Assembly: GCA_964547605.1 (NCBI GenBank)
Contig: CAZJOL010000002.1
Coordinates: 1 to 40,116 of the forward strand
Direction of reading: 5' to 3'
DNA: 40,116 nt
DNA from: an uncultured Bacteroidaceae bacterium
Lineage (GTDB): Bacteria > Bacteroidota > Bacteroidia > Bacteroidales > DTU049
Made by a program: the position numbers and the translations under genes. Each line of letters starts with the position of its first letter. Position 1 is the first letter of the stretch. The notes beneath the pieces were generated by a model that saw nothing but the letters and a program-made list of their open reading frames with translations, had not been told where the DNA came from and searched no databases. Of the stretch, positions 9,015 through 18,153 are shown in pieces.

Positions 9015-10321
9015 TTTTTCTCTGATTGAAACTGACGGATGGTTTCCGTGATTATTTGCGTCCAGCCTTTCCAGCGGCCGCTTTCAGAAAGAGTATCGTT
9101 GTGCAGCAGCATTTCAAAATGTCCGTTGATTGACAGGATGTAATCGGCCAGGCTGAATAGTTCGATGCGTGTTTCTTCCAGTGTCATTTGCTGATAATCT
9201 TTCAGACTGCCGTCCATTATGCAGAAAGGATGTACAATCAATGGAAGAATTTTATCTGTTTCCAGATCAAAAAAACGGAAAGGACGTGTAGTGCCGGCTC
9301 TGAATCCGTGTCCGGATGCGAACCCCATGGTGTAGTCATTTGTAATTCCGGCTTTGACCAATTGACGGTATGACTGTGGCAGATTCATTCTGAGAAAATG
9401 CCGGCGTGCTGCTGAAATGGATATCCCGATGGTTGTTTCGAGACTTAGTTTTTCGCGCAGCAGTTTTGTATCGTCATCAAGACAATAATATGAAGGGTGC
9501 AGGCCAATCACCGATTCGCGGGCCATTTTTCTGATTTGAGTTACAGCCCTCTGGTGGTGCAGATTTCCGTTCTTATCAAAATTTGTTCTTTGCTGCGATG
9601 CCAGTATGAAAAACAAAACCTGCACTCGGAATTCGCGACTGATTTTATCGATGACATCGAAAGTGTCAAAAGGATCTTTGCGCAAGCCGAGAAAAACCGA
9701 AGGTCTTTCAATAAGCGCGCGAAATCTCCCTTTGACAAGATCACGGCACCATCCGGCCAGGTTGCGAAGAACTCCTTTTGTTCTGTATGAAAACAACATA
9801 TCAACATCGACTGTGAGCGAAAATGTTGGTTCTTCTTTTTTGAAGATGCTTTCGGGAACATGCTGCAGAAGCCGGTTCCGGAGCATGATGATCCATTCAT
9901 CGACAACTGCGCGCTGATGAAAATTGTTTTTAAATGCGAGAGAATGCTGCAAATCGAAACGTCCATGCTGATCCCGTTCAAGGCCTGTGTATTCTTCGTA
10001 TCTGCTCAGCATAAAAAATATGGCAGCAAAAATATCAAATGGAAAATCGAACGATCCTGCAACAGGAAACAAGCAAATATTTTTTTCATCATCGATGACG
10101 ACTTCCGTTTCCTGAGCCGAAACGCCCTTTGGGTGCAGAAATCCGCTGTCGGGAACTGATATATCAGCCGTTTGATTTATGCCATACGAAAGAATGATTT
10201 TTGCTGATGATGCATCAACCGGATTCAGTACATATCCGCAACCAAGCCGTTCACCAAAGATGTAATCGAGCGTGTAGCGCAGCTTGGCATTGTCGAATGA
10301 TGTGAGAACCGCAACAGCCAT
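9011..10321 (-). CDS. Putative polysaccharide deacetylase-like protein (CE4-like beta/alpha barrel with N-terminal accessory domain)
   Basis: 436 aa. N-terminal ..LSRYEEYTG..RDQHGRF.. module. Central LTVDVDM and GLHPSYY segments resemble NodB-homology deacetylase motifs. Operon position between wecB and a Fem-like transferase. The functional call is tentative. Confidence 0.45.
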   Translation of the reverse strand: MAVAVLTSFDNAKLRYTLDYIFGERLGCGYVLNPVDASSAKIILSYGINQTADISVPDSGFLHPKGVSAQETEVVIDDEKNICLFPVAGSFDFPFDIFAAIFFMLSRYEEYTGLERDQHGRFDLQHSLAFKNNFHQRAVVDEWIIMLRNRLLQHVPESIFKKEEPTFSLTVDVDMLFSYRTKGVLRNLAGWCRDLVKGRFRALIERPSVFLGLRKDPFDTFDVIDKISREFRVQVLFFILASQQRTNFDKNGNLHHQRAVTQIRKMARESVIGLHPSYYCLDDDTKLLREKLSLETTIGISISAARRHFLRMNLPQSYRQLVKAGITNDYTMGFASGHGFRAGTTRPFRFFDLETDKILPLIVHPFCIMDGSLKDYQQMTLEETRIELFSLADYILSINGHFEMLLHNDTLSESGRWKGWTQIITETIRQFQSEKK

Positions 10322-10323
10322 GA

Positions 10324-11487
10324 TTATTTTTTTATGTTTTGCCTGATGGTAGATTTATGAAATTCAAGCATTTTTTCACAAATGAATTCAGCAGCGTGAC
10401 CATCGCCAAACACAGGCGGGAACTCGGTTGGAGGATAATTAACCATGGCTTCGGCCTGTGCGGCAATTTCCGGTGCTGAGTGATCGGCAAGTTTAGCTGC
10501 GCGCAGTTCAATAATTTCAACCCATTCGGTTTCGGGTCGCAGAATGATCGATGGGCGCGAAAAGAAATAGGCCTCTTTCTGAACACCGCCTGAATCAGTA
10601 AGTACGAGGCGACAATTTTTTTCGAGCAGAATCATGTCCAGAAACGAAGCAGGTGGAATGATGCGTACATCGGCTCCAACAGGGATGTTGCTGCCAATGT
10701 TCCATGCATCCATCATTTTTTTTGTCCGCGGGTGAACAGGAAAAACAACCGGTAGTCCGGTGTTGATGGAAGCAAGGCATAAAGCGTCGAAGATCATGCG
10801 CAGTCTGTCTTCGTGGTCAGTATTGTCGTTGCGGTGAACTGTAGCGAGAATAAAAGGAACATCTTTCAGCTTCTGTTCTTCGATGATTTTCGATTGTTTT
10901 TCGGCGATACCAGCGAAGAAAACGGAATTATCGAACATGATGTCACCGCCATGAAACACTCCGGGTTTATCCATGGAGTACGGACTCATGAGACCTGCCG
11001 GGAATCCTTCGTTTTCGAGATTTATTATGGCTGTTTTGGTCGGGCAGAACATCAGTGTGGAGCAATGATCAGCCACAATCCTGTTTATTTCTTCCGGCAT
11101 TTTTTTATTGAAAGAACGAAGTCCGGCTTCGATGTGAAAAACGGGAATGTGCAGCTTAGCTGCTGCCACAGCGCCCGCCAGCGTGCTGTTGGTGTCTCCG
11201 TAAATCACCAGCGCATCGGGTTTGTATTCGACAAGAACTTTTTCAATTCCTTCCATCATGCGTCCGGTCTGTTCACCATGACTGGAGGAACCAACGTTGA
11301 GATTGACATTTGGAGCCGGAATGCTGAGTTCGCGAAAAAAAACCTCAGACATATTTTCGTCGTAATGCTGTCCGGTATGAACGATAATTTCTTCAATTTC
11401 GCTGTTGAAATGTTTTTGAATTTCACGGCTGAGTGCAGCTGCTTTTATGATCTGTGGCCTTGCGCCGACAATGGTTACGATTCTCAT
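10324..11487 (-). CDS. wecB: UDP-N-acetylglucosamine 2-epimerase (non-hydrolysing)
   Basis: MRIVTIVGARPQIIKAAALS...HTGQHYDENMS..FF.EL.IP.P..NL.VGS.SHGEQTG..., ..YGDTNSTLAGA..AAKL.IP..H.EAGLRS.. These are canonical WecB/MnaA family motifs. Confidence 0.93.
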   Translation of the reverse strand: MRIVTIVGARPQIIKAAALSREIQKHFNSEIEEIIVHTGQHYDENMSEVFFRELSIPAPNVNLNVGSSSHGEQTGRMMEGIEKVLVEYKPDALVIYGDTNSTLAGAVAAAKLHIPVFHIEAGLRSFNKKMPEEINRIVADHCSTLMFCPTKTAIINLENEGFPAGLMSPYSMDKPGVFHGGDIMFDNSVFFAGIAEKQSKIIEEQKLKDVPFILATVHRNDNTDHEDRLRMIFDALCLASINTGLPVVFPVHPRTKKMMDAWNIGSNIPVGADVRIIPPASFLDMILLEKNCRLVLTDSGGVQKEAYFFSRPSIILRPETEWVEIIELRAAKLADHSAPEIAAQAEAMVNYPPTEFPPVFGDGHAAEFICEKMLEFHKSTIRQNIKK

Positions 11488-12194
11488 TTTTTGAAAGTGT
11501 TGATGATTCCTTCATCCATAAAGCTGTAGAAGGAATCCTGTGAAATGATGATGTGGTCAAGCAATCGGATATCGAACAATGCTGATGCATCGTGAATTTG
11601 TCGTGTGAGGTTTATATCCGAATCGCTTGGATTGAGATTTCCCGAAGGATGATTGTGTCCCAGGATAAGGCTCAGAGAGCGCGTATCGAGGGCCATCTTG
11701 ATTATTTTGCGTATATCAACCTGGGTGGCAACCATGCTGCCCATGCTGATTCTTTCCTTGAATATGACTTTGTTTCTCCTGTTCAACCCCATGATGCAGA
11801 ATTCTTCATGCTGTTTGTCGCAAAGCATGGGCAACAGGGCTTTTTGTGCATCGCGCGATGAGAGTATCAGTTCCTCGTCATCACTACTTTCGCCTTCGCG
11901 TCGACGTGCAATTTCGAGTGCGGCAGCTATGGTCACCGCTTTAGCCGGCCCGATTCCATGGATTTTTTTGATTTCATGAATGGTCAGTGTTGAAAGTTTT
12001 TTGAGACTATTGTCAGCATTCTCAAGCATTTCTCTGGCGAGTTCAAGTGCACTTTTTTTAGAGGTACCACTTCCAATCAGGATGGCAAAGAGCTCAGCGT
12101 TGCTTAGTGCTTCGGAGCCTTTAACCAGCATTTTTTCGCGCGGGCGGTCGTCTGCAGCCCACTCCTTGATTGTTTTTTTCTTGTTATTCTCCAC
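11484..12194 (-). CDS. radC: RadC-family JAMM-motif protein (UPF0758)
   Basis: N-terminal ..DRPREKMLVKGSEALSNAELFAILIGSGT.. helix-hairpin-helix region and C-terminal HNHPSGNLNPSDSD JAMM motif. 4-nt ATGA overlap with wecB. Confidence 0.9.
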   Translation of the reverse strand: MENNKKKTIKEWAADDRPREKMLVKGSEALSNAELFAILIGSGTSKKSALELAREMLENADNSLKKLSTLTIHEIKKIHGIGPAKAVTIAAALEIARRREGESSDDEELILSSRDAQKALLPMLCDKQHEEFCIMGLNRRNKVIFKERISMGSMVATQVDIRKIIKMALDTRSLSLILGHNHPSGNLNPSDSDINLTRQIHDASALFDIRLLDHIIISQDSFYSFMDEGIINTFKK

Positions 12195-12332
12195 AACTGC
12201 AAAGTTAATTGAAACTATAACAACGGATCATGAAATGAAAAATGTCTTTTTAATCATTTGAGATTCAAATGTAGTCATTTCAACGATTTAATTGCAGAAA
12301 AATATTTCGCAGGATTTATTTCCGGGCATTAA

Positions 12333-15300
12333 ATGTTGTACCTTAGAGCTGTCGTTACAAAAATGTTTTCAAGTTCTTCGCACAGATCGTTGCCTATGAC
12401 CAAGCATCACAATAAGCCAGACCTGAATCAGGCACAGTTTCAGGATACTATGTTTGACCATCTGATGGAAAAGCGGATTGAGCACATTCTGCTCATCTGC
12501 AGTACCTACGATGCATTCATTCTTGAAGAAGACGGTCGTATCAATGAAGCCATTTTTCAGGAATATGTCTCTCTCAATCTCCGCTATCCGCCCCGGTTTA
12601 TCAAGGCCCATAGCGCAGAACGTGCGCTGGAAATTCTTGAAAGCGACCGTGTTGATCTGGTTATAAACATGCTCAGCATTTCGGATCAGAATCCATTTGA
12701 ATTTTCGAAAGTCATCAAACAGCGGTTTGCAAATATTCCGATTGTTGTACTGACTCCGTTTTCGAGAGAGGTTTCCCAGCGGCTTGCGGTGCAGGATCTG
12801 AGCGGTGTTGATTATGTATTCAGCTGGCTGGGTAACACAAATCTTCTGCTGGCCATCATCAAGCTGATTGAGGATAAAATGAATACTGATTACGATGTTG
12901 GAGAGGTCGGTGTTCAGTGCATTTTGCTGGTTGAAGATTCGGTGCGGTACTACAGCTCCTATCTGCCCAACATGTACCGCATTGTAATCCAGCAATCGCG
13001 TGCATTCATGACCGAAGGCCTCAATGAGCATCAACGCACGCTGAGGTTGCGCGGCAGACCGAAAATATTACTGGCCACCAATTTTGAGCAGGCACTTAGT
13101 CTGTATGAAAAATACAAGTCCAACATGCTTGGAATGATTTCCGACATTTCGTTTAACCGTAATAATATAAAAGATAAAAATGCCGGGATTGAACTGTGCA
13201 AAATCGTGCAGGCGGATGATCCGTACTTTCCAATTTTGCTGCAGTCTTCGGATGCCATCACGGAGGAACTTGCTGCTGAAATTAAAATCAAATTCGTGCA
13301 TAAATTTTCCAAAACACTGCTGCATGAACTGACCGATTTTCTGCTGGATTACCTGGCTTTCGGCGATTTCAGAATCGTGAACCCGGCCGATGGCGCCGAA
13401 ATATCGCGGGCGCGCGATTTGCAGGCATTGCAGGATCAGATTTACAGCATTCCGGATGAATCGCTGAAATATCATATCGACCGGAATCATTTTTCGAAGT
13501 GGCTTCGTGCGCGTGCATTGTTTTCGCTTGGAAAGCTTTTCAGGCAGGCCAATTCAGGCGATTTTGCATCACTCGATGAAGTGCGCGATTACCTGTACAA
13601 AGGCATGGCGAAATACCGCAGTGTGCGCGGGCGCGGTGTAATATCAACATTTGACCGGAATAAATTCAATGAATACATTTTATTCAGTCGGGTAGGCGAG
13701 GGCAGCATTGGTGGAAAGGCGCGCGGGTTGGCCTTTATAGACAATATTCTCAAAAGGAACCAGCTTGCTCACCGCTATGACAGCGTTGAACTTACCATCC
13801 CAAGAACTGTGGTGCTCGCAACCGATGTGTTCAGTGATTTCATGGAGCGCAACAATTTGTATGATTTTGCCATTGGCTGCACCAATGACGAGGAAATTCT
13901 GAATCGCTTTCTCGAAAGTGAGCTGAGTTATGAAACCATTCTTGACCTGAAATCCATTCTGAAGGTTATGTCAACACCGCTGGCAGTCAGGTCAAGTTCA
14001 TTGCTCGAGGACAGCCATTATCAGCCATTTGCAGGGATTTACAGCACTTATATGATTCCGAATACCGGCAGCGACCGCGACCGGCTTACGTTGCTCATGC
14101 AGTGTATCAAAGCGGTGTATGCTTCGGTTTATTATCAGGAGAGCAAAGCTTACATGACATCGACTTCCAATCTGATTGATGAAGAAAAAATGGCCATTGT
14201 ACTGCAGGAAGTATGCGGCTTTACTGAAGAAGATTATTTCTTCCCGGTGTTAAGCGGAGTTGCACGATCGGTCAATTTTTATCCGATCAGTCCCGAAAAG
14301 GCTGAGGATGGTGTTGTGAGCATTGCCTACGGTCTTGGAAAATACATTGTCGATGGCGGAATGTCGCTCCGGTTCTCGCCCAGATATCCTGAAAAAGCCA
14401 TTCAGCTCAGCTCAACGGAAATGATGTTAAAAGATACTCAGAAGGAGTTTTTCGCCATCAATCTTAAACGCAATCTGTTCACCCCTAAAGTGGATGATAA
14501 TGCGCATATAGAGCGGTTTGCGGTTTCCGATGGCGATCAATTCAAAACATTCCGGCTGGTGGCTTCGACATACGATTATCACGACGACCGCGTTGTGGAT
14601 GGTATCATTCAGAAAGGCATGAGAATTATTACTTTTAATAATTTCCTGAAGCATAATGTTTTCCCGCTGGCCGAAATGATGAAGGACATTCTGGAAATAA
14701 GCTCCAGTGAAATGGGCAAGCCGGTTGAAATTGAGTTTGCTGTAAACATGGATGGACGCGGGCATCACAAGGTTTTCAATTTGCTGCAAATACGACCAAT
14801 CGTTAACAACAGGGAAAACCTGACCATAATGCCGGAACAGATTGTCCGTGAAAAATGCATTGTGGTTTCTGAATCGGCGCTTGGCAACGGCGTTTACGAC
14901 AATATTTGCGATGTGGTGTATGTTGTTCCGGAAAAATTCAATGCTGCCGAAACATTGCAGCTGGCGCAGGTTATAGAGCAACTCAACAAAACATTAATGG
15001 CCGAAAAACGTAATTACCTGCTGATTGGTCCGGGCCGCTGGGGATCGAGCGATCCGTGGCTCGGCATTCCGGTGAAGTGGTCGCAGATCAGCGCTGCACG
15101 TGTCATAGTGGAAGCAGGCATGAACCATTTTCACATTGAGCCCAGTCAGGGAACGCATTTCTTTCAGAATCTCACTTCATTCCGCGTGGCTTATTTTACT
15201 GTGAATGATTTCATCAAACAGGGAATATACAATACTGCATTTCTCAATGCACAGGAAGCCCTGTTCGACAATGGCGTGATCCGCCACGTTCGGTTTGATA

Positions 15301-15383
15301 AGCCGATGGAAATTCTGGTTGATGGCAAAAAGCATCTGGGAATTGTGTCTATGCCGGGAATGAAGGCCATTTCGGGCATTTAG
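12333..15383 (+). CDS. Double receiver-domain protein fused to a PEP/pyruvate-binding (PPDK_N, ATP-grasp) domain
   Basis: Degenerate first receiver-like domain (ILLICSTYDAF...VDLVINML). Second receiver with ILLVEDS, the acceptor-like Asp in GMISDISF (codon 13143-13145) and PILLQSSD. PPDK_N signatures GGKARGLAF, LAVRSS...ED, VEIEFAV...LLQIRPIV. C-terminal GPGRWGSSDPWLGIPV domain. The start is uncertain; in-frame ATGs at 12363, 12396 and 12450 are alternatives. Confidence 0.8.
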   Translation: MLYLRAVVTKMFSSSSHRSLPMTKHHNKPDLNQAQFQDTMFDHLMEKRIEHILLICSTYDAFILEEDGRINEAIFQEYVSLNLRYPPRFIKAHSAERALEILESDRVDLVINMLSISDQNPFEFSKVIKQRFANIPIVVLTPFSREVSQRLAVQDLSGVDYVFSWLGNTNLLLAIIKLIEDKMNTDYDVGEVGVQCILLVEDSVRYYSSYLPNMYRIVIQQSRAFMTEGLNEHQRTLRLRGRPKILLATNFEQALSLYEKYKSNMLGMISDISFNRNNIKDKNAGIELCKIVQADDPYFPILLQSSDAITEELAAEIKIKFVHKFSKTLLHELTDFLLDYLAFGDFRIVNPADGAEISRARDLQALQDQIYSIPDESLKYHIDRNHFSKWLRARALFSLGKLFRQANSGDFASLDEVRDYLYKGMAKYRSVRGRGVISTFDRNKFNEYILFSRVGEGSIGGKARGLAFIDNILKRNQLAHRYDSVELTIPRTVVLATDVFSDFMERNNLYDFAIGCTNDEEILNRFLESELSYETILDLKSILKVMSTPLAVRSSSLLEDSHYQPFAGIYSTYMIPNTGSDRDRLTLLMQCIKAVYASVYYQESKAYMTSTSNLIDEEKMAIVLQEVCGFTEEDYFFPVLSGVARSVNFYPISPEKAEDGVVSIAYGLGKYIVDGGMSLRFSPRYPEKAIQLSSTEMMLKDTQKEFFAINLKRNLFTPKVDDNAHIERFAVSDGDQFKTFRLVASTYDYHDDRVVDGIIQKGMRIITFNNFLKHNVFPLAEMMKDILEISSSEMGKPVEIEFAVNMDGRGHHKVFNLLQIRPIVNNRENLTIMPEQIVREKCIVVSESALGNGVYDNICDVVYVVPEKFNAAETLQLAQVIEQLNKTLMAEKRNYLLIGPGRWGSSDPWLGIPVKWSQISAARVIVEAGMNHFHIEPSQGTHFFQNLTSFRVAYFTVNDFIKQGIYNTAFLNAQEALFDNGVIRHVRFDKPMEILVDGKKHLGIVSMPGMKAISGI

Positions 15384-15414
15384 CCCTCGAAGGGTTCAAA
15401 ACCCTTCGAGGGCT
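15382..15414 (+). terminator. Stem-loop terminator candidate after the receiver/PPDK_N gene
   Basis: Perfect 14-bp stem AGCCCTCGAAGGGT / ACCCTTCGAGGGCT with a 5-nt loop, overlapping the last two bases of the TAG stop codon (15381-15383). No U-tract follows. Confidence 0.5.
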
Positions 15415-15488
15415 TATGAGAACAGCCCTTTCTGAAAGATTTCTCAAAAAATTTGATGTTTTGGTTGGAAACGGTGGTTCAATTGCCG

Positions 15489-15496
15489 TATCTTTG
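15489..15496 (+). promoter_or_regulatory. Bacteroidota -7 promoter box TATCTTTG (TAnnTTTG)
   Basis: Exact consensus match. Embedded in CTTTGTAAAAA, with 15 nt between the G and the ATG at 15512. Confidence 0.5.
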
Positions 15497-15511
15497 TAAA
15501 AACCGATACCC

Positions 15512-16564
15512 ATGTCAGCACCAGGATTTAAAATGATTGTCGCAGGCCCTTGCAGCGCCGAATCCGAGAAACTCTGCCTCGATGTAGCGGCTGGACTTGC
15601 ACGTACGGGTTATGTCGATCTTTTTCGCGGAGGAGTATGGAAACCCCGCACGCTGCGCGGTATGTACGAAGGACCCGGCAACGATGGCCTGAAATATCTG
15701 CTGGCCGTCAGGGATCAATACAAATTGCCGGTTGTGACCGAAGCCGCTACCACAGCGCATGTCGAAGCAGTTCTGAAAGCCGGCCTTGATGCAATCTGGA
15801 TTGGAGCCCGCACAGTAACCGATCCTTTCAGTGTTCAGGAACTGGCCAATGCTCTGCAGGGAAGCAATATCCGCATTCTTGTGAAAAATCCGTTGGTGCC
15901 TGATGTACGGCTATGGGCCGGTGCAGTAGATCGTTTGCTGAATAAGGGGCTGAACGTCGAAGCGCTCATTCACCGCGGTTTTGTGACGTATAATGAAAGC
16001 AAATTCCGTAATGAACCGCTTTGGGTGCTGATGGCCGAGATGCGCACCCGATTCCCGGATATTAAGGTCATAGCCGATCCGAGTCATATGGCAGGCAATT
16101 CGTTTTATGTGGCTGGTCTGGCCGCACAAGCAAAAGAAATGGAGGCAGATGGGCTCATGATCGAAGTGCATTCGGATCCGCCAAGCGCTTTGTCCGATGC
16201 CAACCAGCAGATTACTCCAGCTGAATTTATTTTTCTCATAGATAGTCTGTGCGGCAAGCAGTCCACATCTCTGCATGATGCTTCGCTCGAGGCATTGCGG
16301 CGCGAAATTGATGAAACCGATGAACGACTTTTACGCATCCTTGCACAACGCATCGATATTGTAAAACGCATGGGTATTGTGAAACGCGATGCAGGCATGA
16401 CCATCATGCAGGGCGGCCGCTGGAAAAGTCTGGTGGAAGATCGTCTGAACCGGGCTGCAGCCCTTGATCTCAATGATGAATTCATCCGTGAATTATTACA
16501 GGTTATTCATGATGAATCGTTGCGGATTCAAATGGCTATAATTAATAAGGATCAGAACGAATAG
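15512..16564 (+). CDS. Bifunctional 3-deoxy-7-phosphoheptulonate (DAHP) synthase (class I-beta) / chorismate mutase type II
   Basis: MIVAGPCSAES, GGVWKPRT, IWIGAR and ADPSH motifs of AroA(I-beta)/KDO8PS-like DAHP synthases. C-terminal ..LRREIDETDERLLRILAQRIDIVKRMG..K chorismate-mutase helix bundle. Confidence 0.9.
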   Translation: MSAPGFKMIVAGPCSAESEKLCLDVAAGLARTGYVDLFRGGVWKPRTLRGMYEGPGNDGLKYLLAVRDQYKLPVVTEAATTAHVEAVLKAGLDAIWIGARTVTDPFSVQELANALQGSNIRILVKNPLVPDVRLWAGAVDRLLNKGLNVEALIHRGFVTYNESKFRNEPLWVLMAEMRTRFPDIKVIADPSHMAGNSFYVAGLAAQAKEMEADGLMIEVHSDPPSALSDANQQITPAEFIFLIDSLCGKQSTSLHDASLEALRREIDETDERLLRILAQRIDIVKRMGIVKRDAGMTIMQGGRWKSLVEDRLNRAAALDLNDEFIRELLQVIHDESLRIQMAIINKDQNE

Positions 16565-16572
16565 GAAATGAT

Positions 16573-17343
16573 ATGAGCAGGATTGGTGCAGCTGTACGAC
16601 ATTTCTTTTATGCGAGGGGACCCCGGAGCGTGCATTCACCCTGGTTATATGAGATATATCATTCGTTACGCCATCCCAAAGCCCTGAAGGAATCTTCGAT
16701 TACAAAGCTTGCGATTCTGCACGGGCAGTTGCGTGTTGATGACACACCATTGATTTTTGACGAGATTGGTTCACGCGAAGGCCGCATGAAATCTACAGTT
16801 TCGAAAGTCTATAAACGTACCGCCTCTTCCATCCGCGATGCGGAAATGATTGCCGAACTGGCAGCGCATGTCAATGGAAAGACCATTCTGGAAATGGGAA
16901 CCGCATTTGGGACAACCTCGCTTGCCATGCATTTTGCTGCGCATAAAAGCCGCATCATTACTCTGGAAGGCGTTCCGGAAATTGCTGCCATAGCGGAGGA
17001 ACATTTTCAAAAATGCGAAGCTGAAAATGTGATATTAAAAACAGGCCGGTTCTCCGAAACATTACCGCAGGTTGTTGCAGAGGAAAAAGATTTAGGGTTG
17101 GTGTTTATCGACGGCCACCACAGCCGCAAACCGACGCTTGATTATCTTGAAATGATTCTGCCTGTGCTGAGCGAAAAGGCCATTGTAGTGCTCGACGATA
17201 TTTATTATTCGCGCGACATGGCAGCATGCTGGCAGGAATTGTTGCAACATCCGGCCTTTCAGGTGAAAATGGATTTTTTCCGCTTCGGATTGCTGATTAA
17301 AAACGCGAATTTGTCATCGGAGACATTCAGGTTGAGGGTGTAG
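16573..17343 (+). CDS. Class I SAM-dependent methyltransferase (O-methyltransferase family 3-like)
   Basis: ILEMGTAFGTTSLAM (SAM-binding glycine-rich motif I) and LVFIDGHHSRKPTLDYLE...VVLDDI. Start is 8 nt after the upstream gene. Confidence 0.7.
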   Translation: MSRIGAAVRHFFYARGPRSVHSPWLYEIYHSLRHPKALKESSITKLAILHGQLRVDDTPLIFDEIGSREGRMKSTVSKVYKRTASSIRDAEMIAELAAHVNGKTILEMGTAFGTTSLAMHFAAHKSRIITLEGVPEIAAIAEEHFQKCEAENVILKTGRFSETLPQVVAEEKDLGLVFIDGHHSRKPTLDYLEMILPVLSEKAIVVLDDIYYSRDMAACWQELLQHPAFQVKMDFFRFGLLIKNANLSSETFRLRV

Positions 17344-17387
17344 GCAGAGCGCAATTGATTGATGGTTATTTAAACCAAAAAATCCAT

Positions 17388-17395
17388 TAGCTTTG
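17388..17395 (+). promoter_or_regulatory. Bacteroidota -7 promoter box TAGCTTTG (TAnnTTTG)
   Basis: Exact consensus match. Same extended CTTTGTAAAAA context and same 15-nt spacing to the ATG (17411) as the box at 15489. Confidence 0.45.
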
Positions 17396-17410
17396 TAAAA
17401 ATATTTCATC

Positions 17411-18145
17411 ATGCCGGAAGTTATCAGGCTGGAAAACATCAGCCGCCATTATAAAGTCGGGACCGTGCTTGTGAAGGCGCTTAACAGCGTTTCGTTCAGT
17501 GTGGAGCGCGGTGAATATGTTGCGCTGATGGGTCCTTCGGGCTCCGGCAAGTCAACCCTGATGAATATTCTGGGCTGCCTTGATACGCCAACCGGCGGAA
17601 CCTATATTCTGAACAATCAGGATGTGAGCCAGCTCGACGACAATCAACTGGCTGAAATCCGCAACAAGGAAATCGGTTTTGTGTTTCAGACTTTCAATTT
17701 ACTTCCGCGATACACAGCGCTCGACAATGTGGCGTTGCCATTGATTTATGCAGGTATCCGCAAAGAAGCACGCCTGGAACGCGCCGAAAAATCACTCACC
17801 GATGTAGGATTGTCGGACCGCATGGAACACAGGCCTAATGAGCTTTCCGGCGGACAGCGCCAGCGTGTGGCCATTGCCCGTGCCCTGGTGAATAATCCAT
17901 CCATCATTTTGGCCGATGAACCCACCGGAAACCTTGATACACGAACATCGGTGGAGATTATGGGGCTGCTGGATGAGTTGCATAAAACAGGAAATACGAT
18001 TATTGTTGTCACGCACGAAGAAGACATTGCAAGATACTCGCATCGCATTGTGAGACTGCGCGACGGTCTGGTTGAAACCGACGAGAAAAATCCGAAAGTC
18101 ACCAGTTATCAGGATGTACTTGAATCGCTCAAAGAACACGAATAG
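17411..18145 (+). CDS. ABC transporter ATP-binding protein (MacB/LolD/FtsE-like subfamily)
   Basis: Walker [11 protein letters not shown]-loop, signature [15 protein letters not shown], Walker [13 protein letters not shown]-loop VVTHE. Confidence 0.9.
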   Translation: MPEVIRLENISRHYKVGTVLVKALNSVSFSVERGEYVALMGPSGSGKSTLMNILGCLDTPTGGTYILNNQDVSQLDDNQLAEIRNKEIGFVFQTFNLLPRYTALDNVALPLIYAGIRKEARLERAEKSLTDVGLSDRMEHRPNELSGGQRQRVAIARALVNNPSIILADEPTGNLDTRTSVEIMGLLDELHKTGNTIIVVTHEEDIARYSHRIVRLRDGLVETDEKNPKVTSYQDVLESLKEHE

Positions 18146-18153
18146 AACTGCAA

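Noticed and set aside
10813-11529. 238-aa plus-strand ORF overlapping wecB.
   Set aside because: It is antisense to an unambiguous WecB coding sequence, and its translation is Phe/Cys/His-rich with no family resemblance.
11484-12194. radC considered as a marker of a mobile or defence island.
   Set aside because: It has the full housekeeping architecture (N-terminal HhH region plus JAMM domain) and heads an operon with wecB. No integrase, transposase, restriction or toxin genes lie nearby.
12200-12207. Minus-strand TAACTTTG (TAnnTTTG match) upstream of radC.
   Set aside because: Only 5 nt separate the box from the radC ATG (12194), which would imply a leaderless or internal transcription start. 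It may be a chance match, so it is not listed as a feature.
12369-13034. 221-aa ORF antisense to the 5' part of the receiver/PPDK_N gene (also 14427-14981, 184 aa).
   Set aside because: The sense-strand ORF carries clear receiver and PPDK_N motifs. The antisense products have no motifs and are explained as shadow ORFs.
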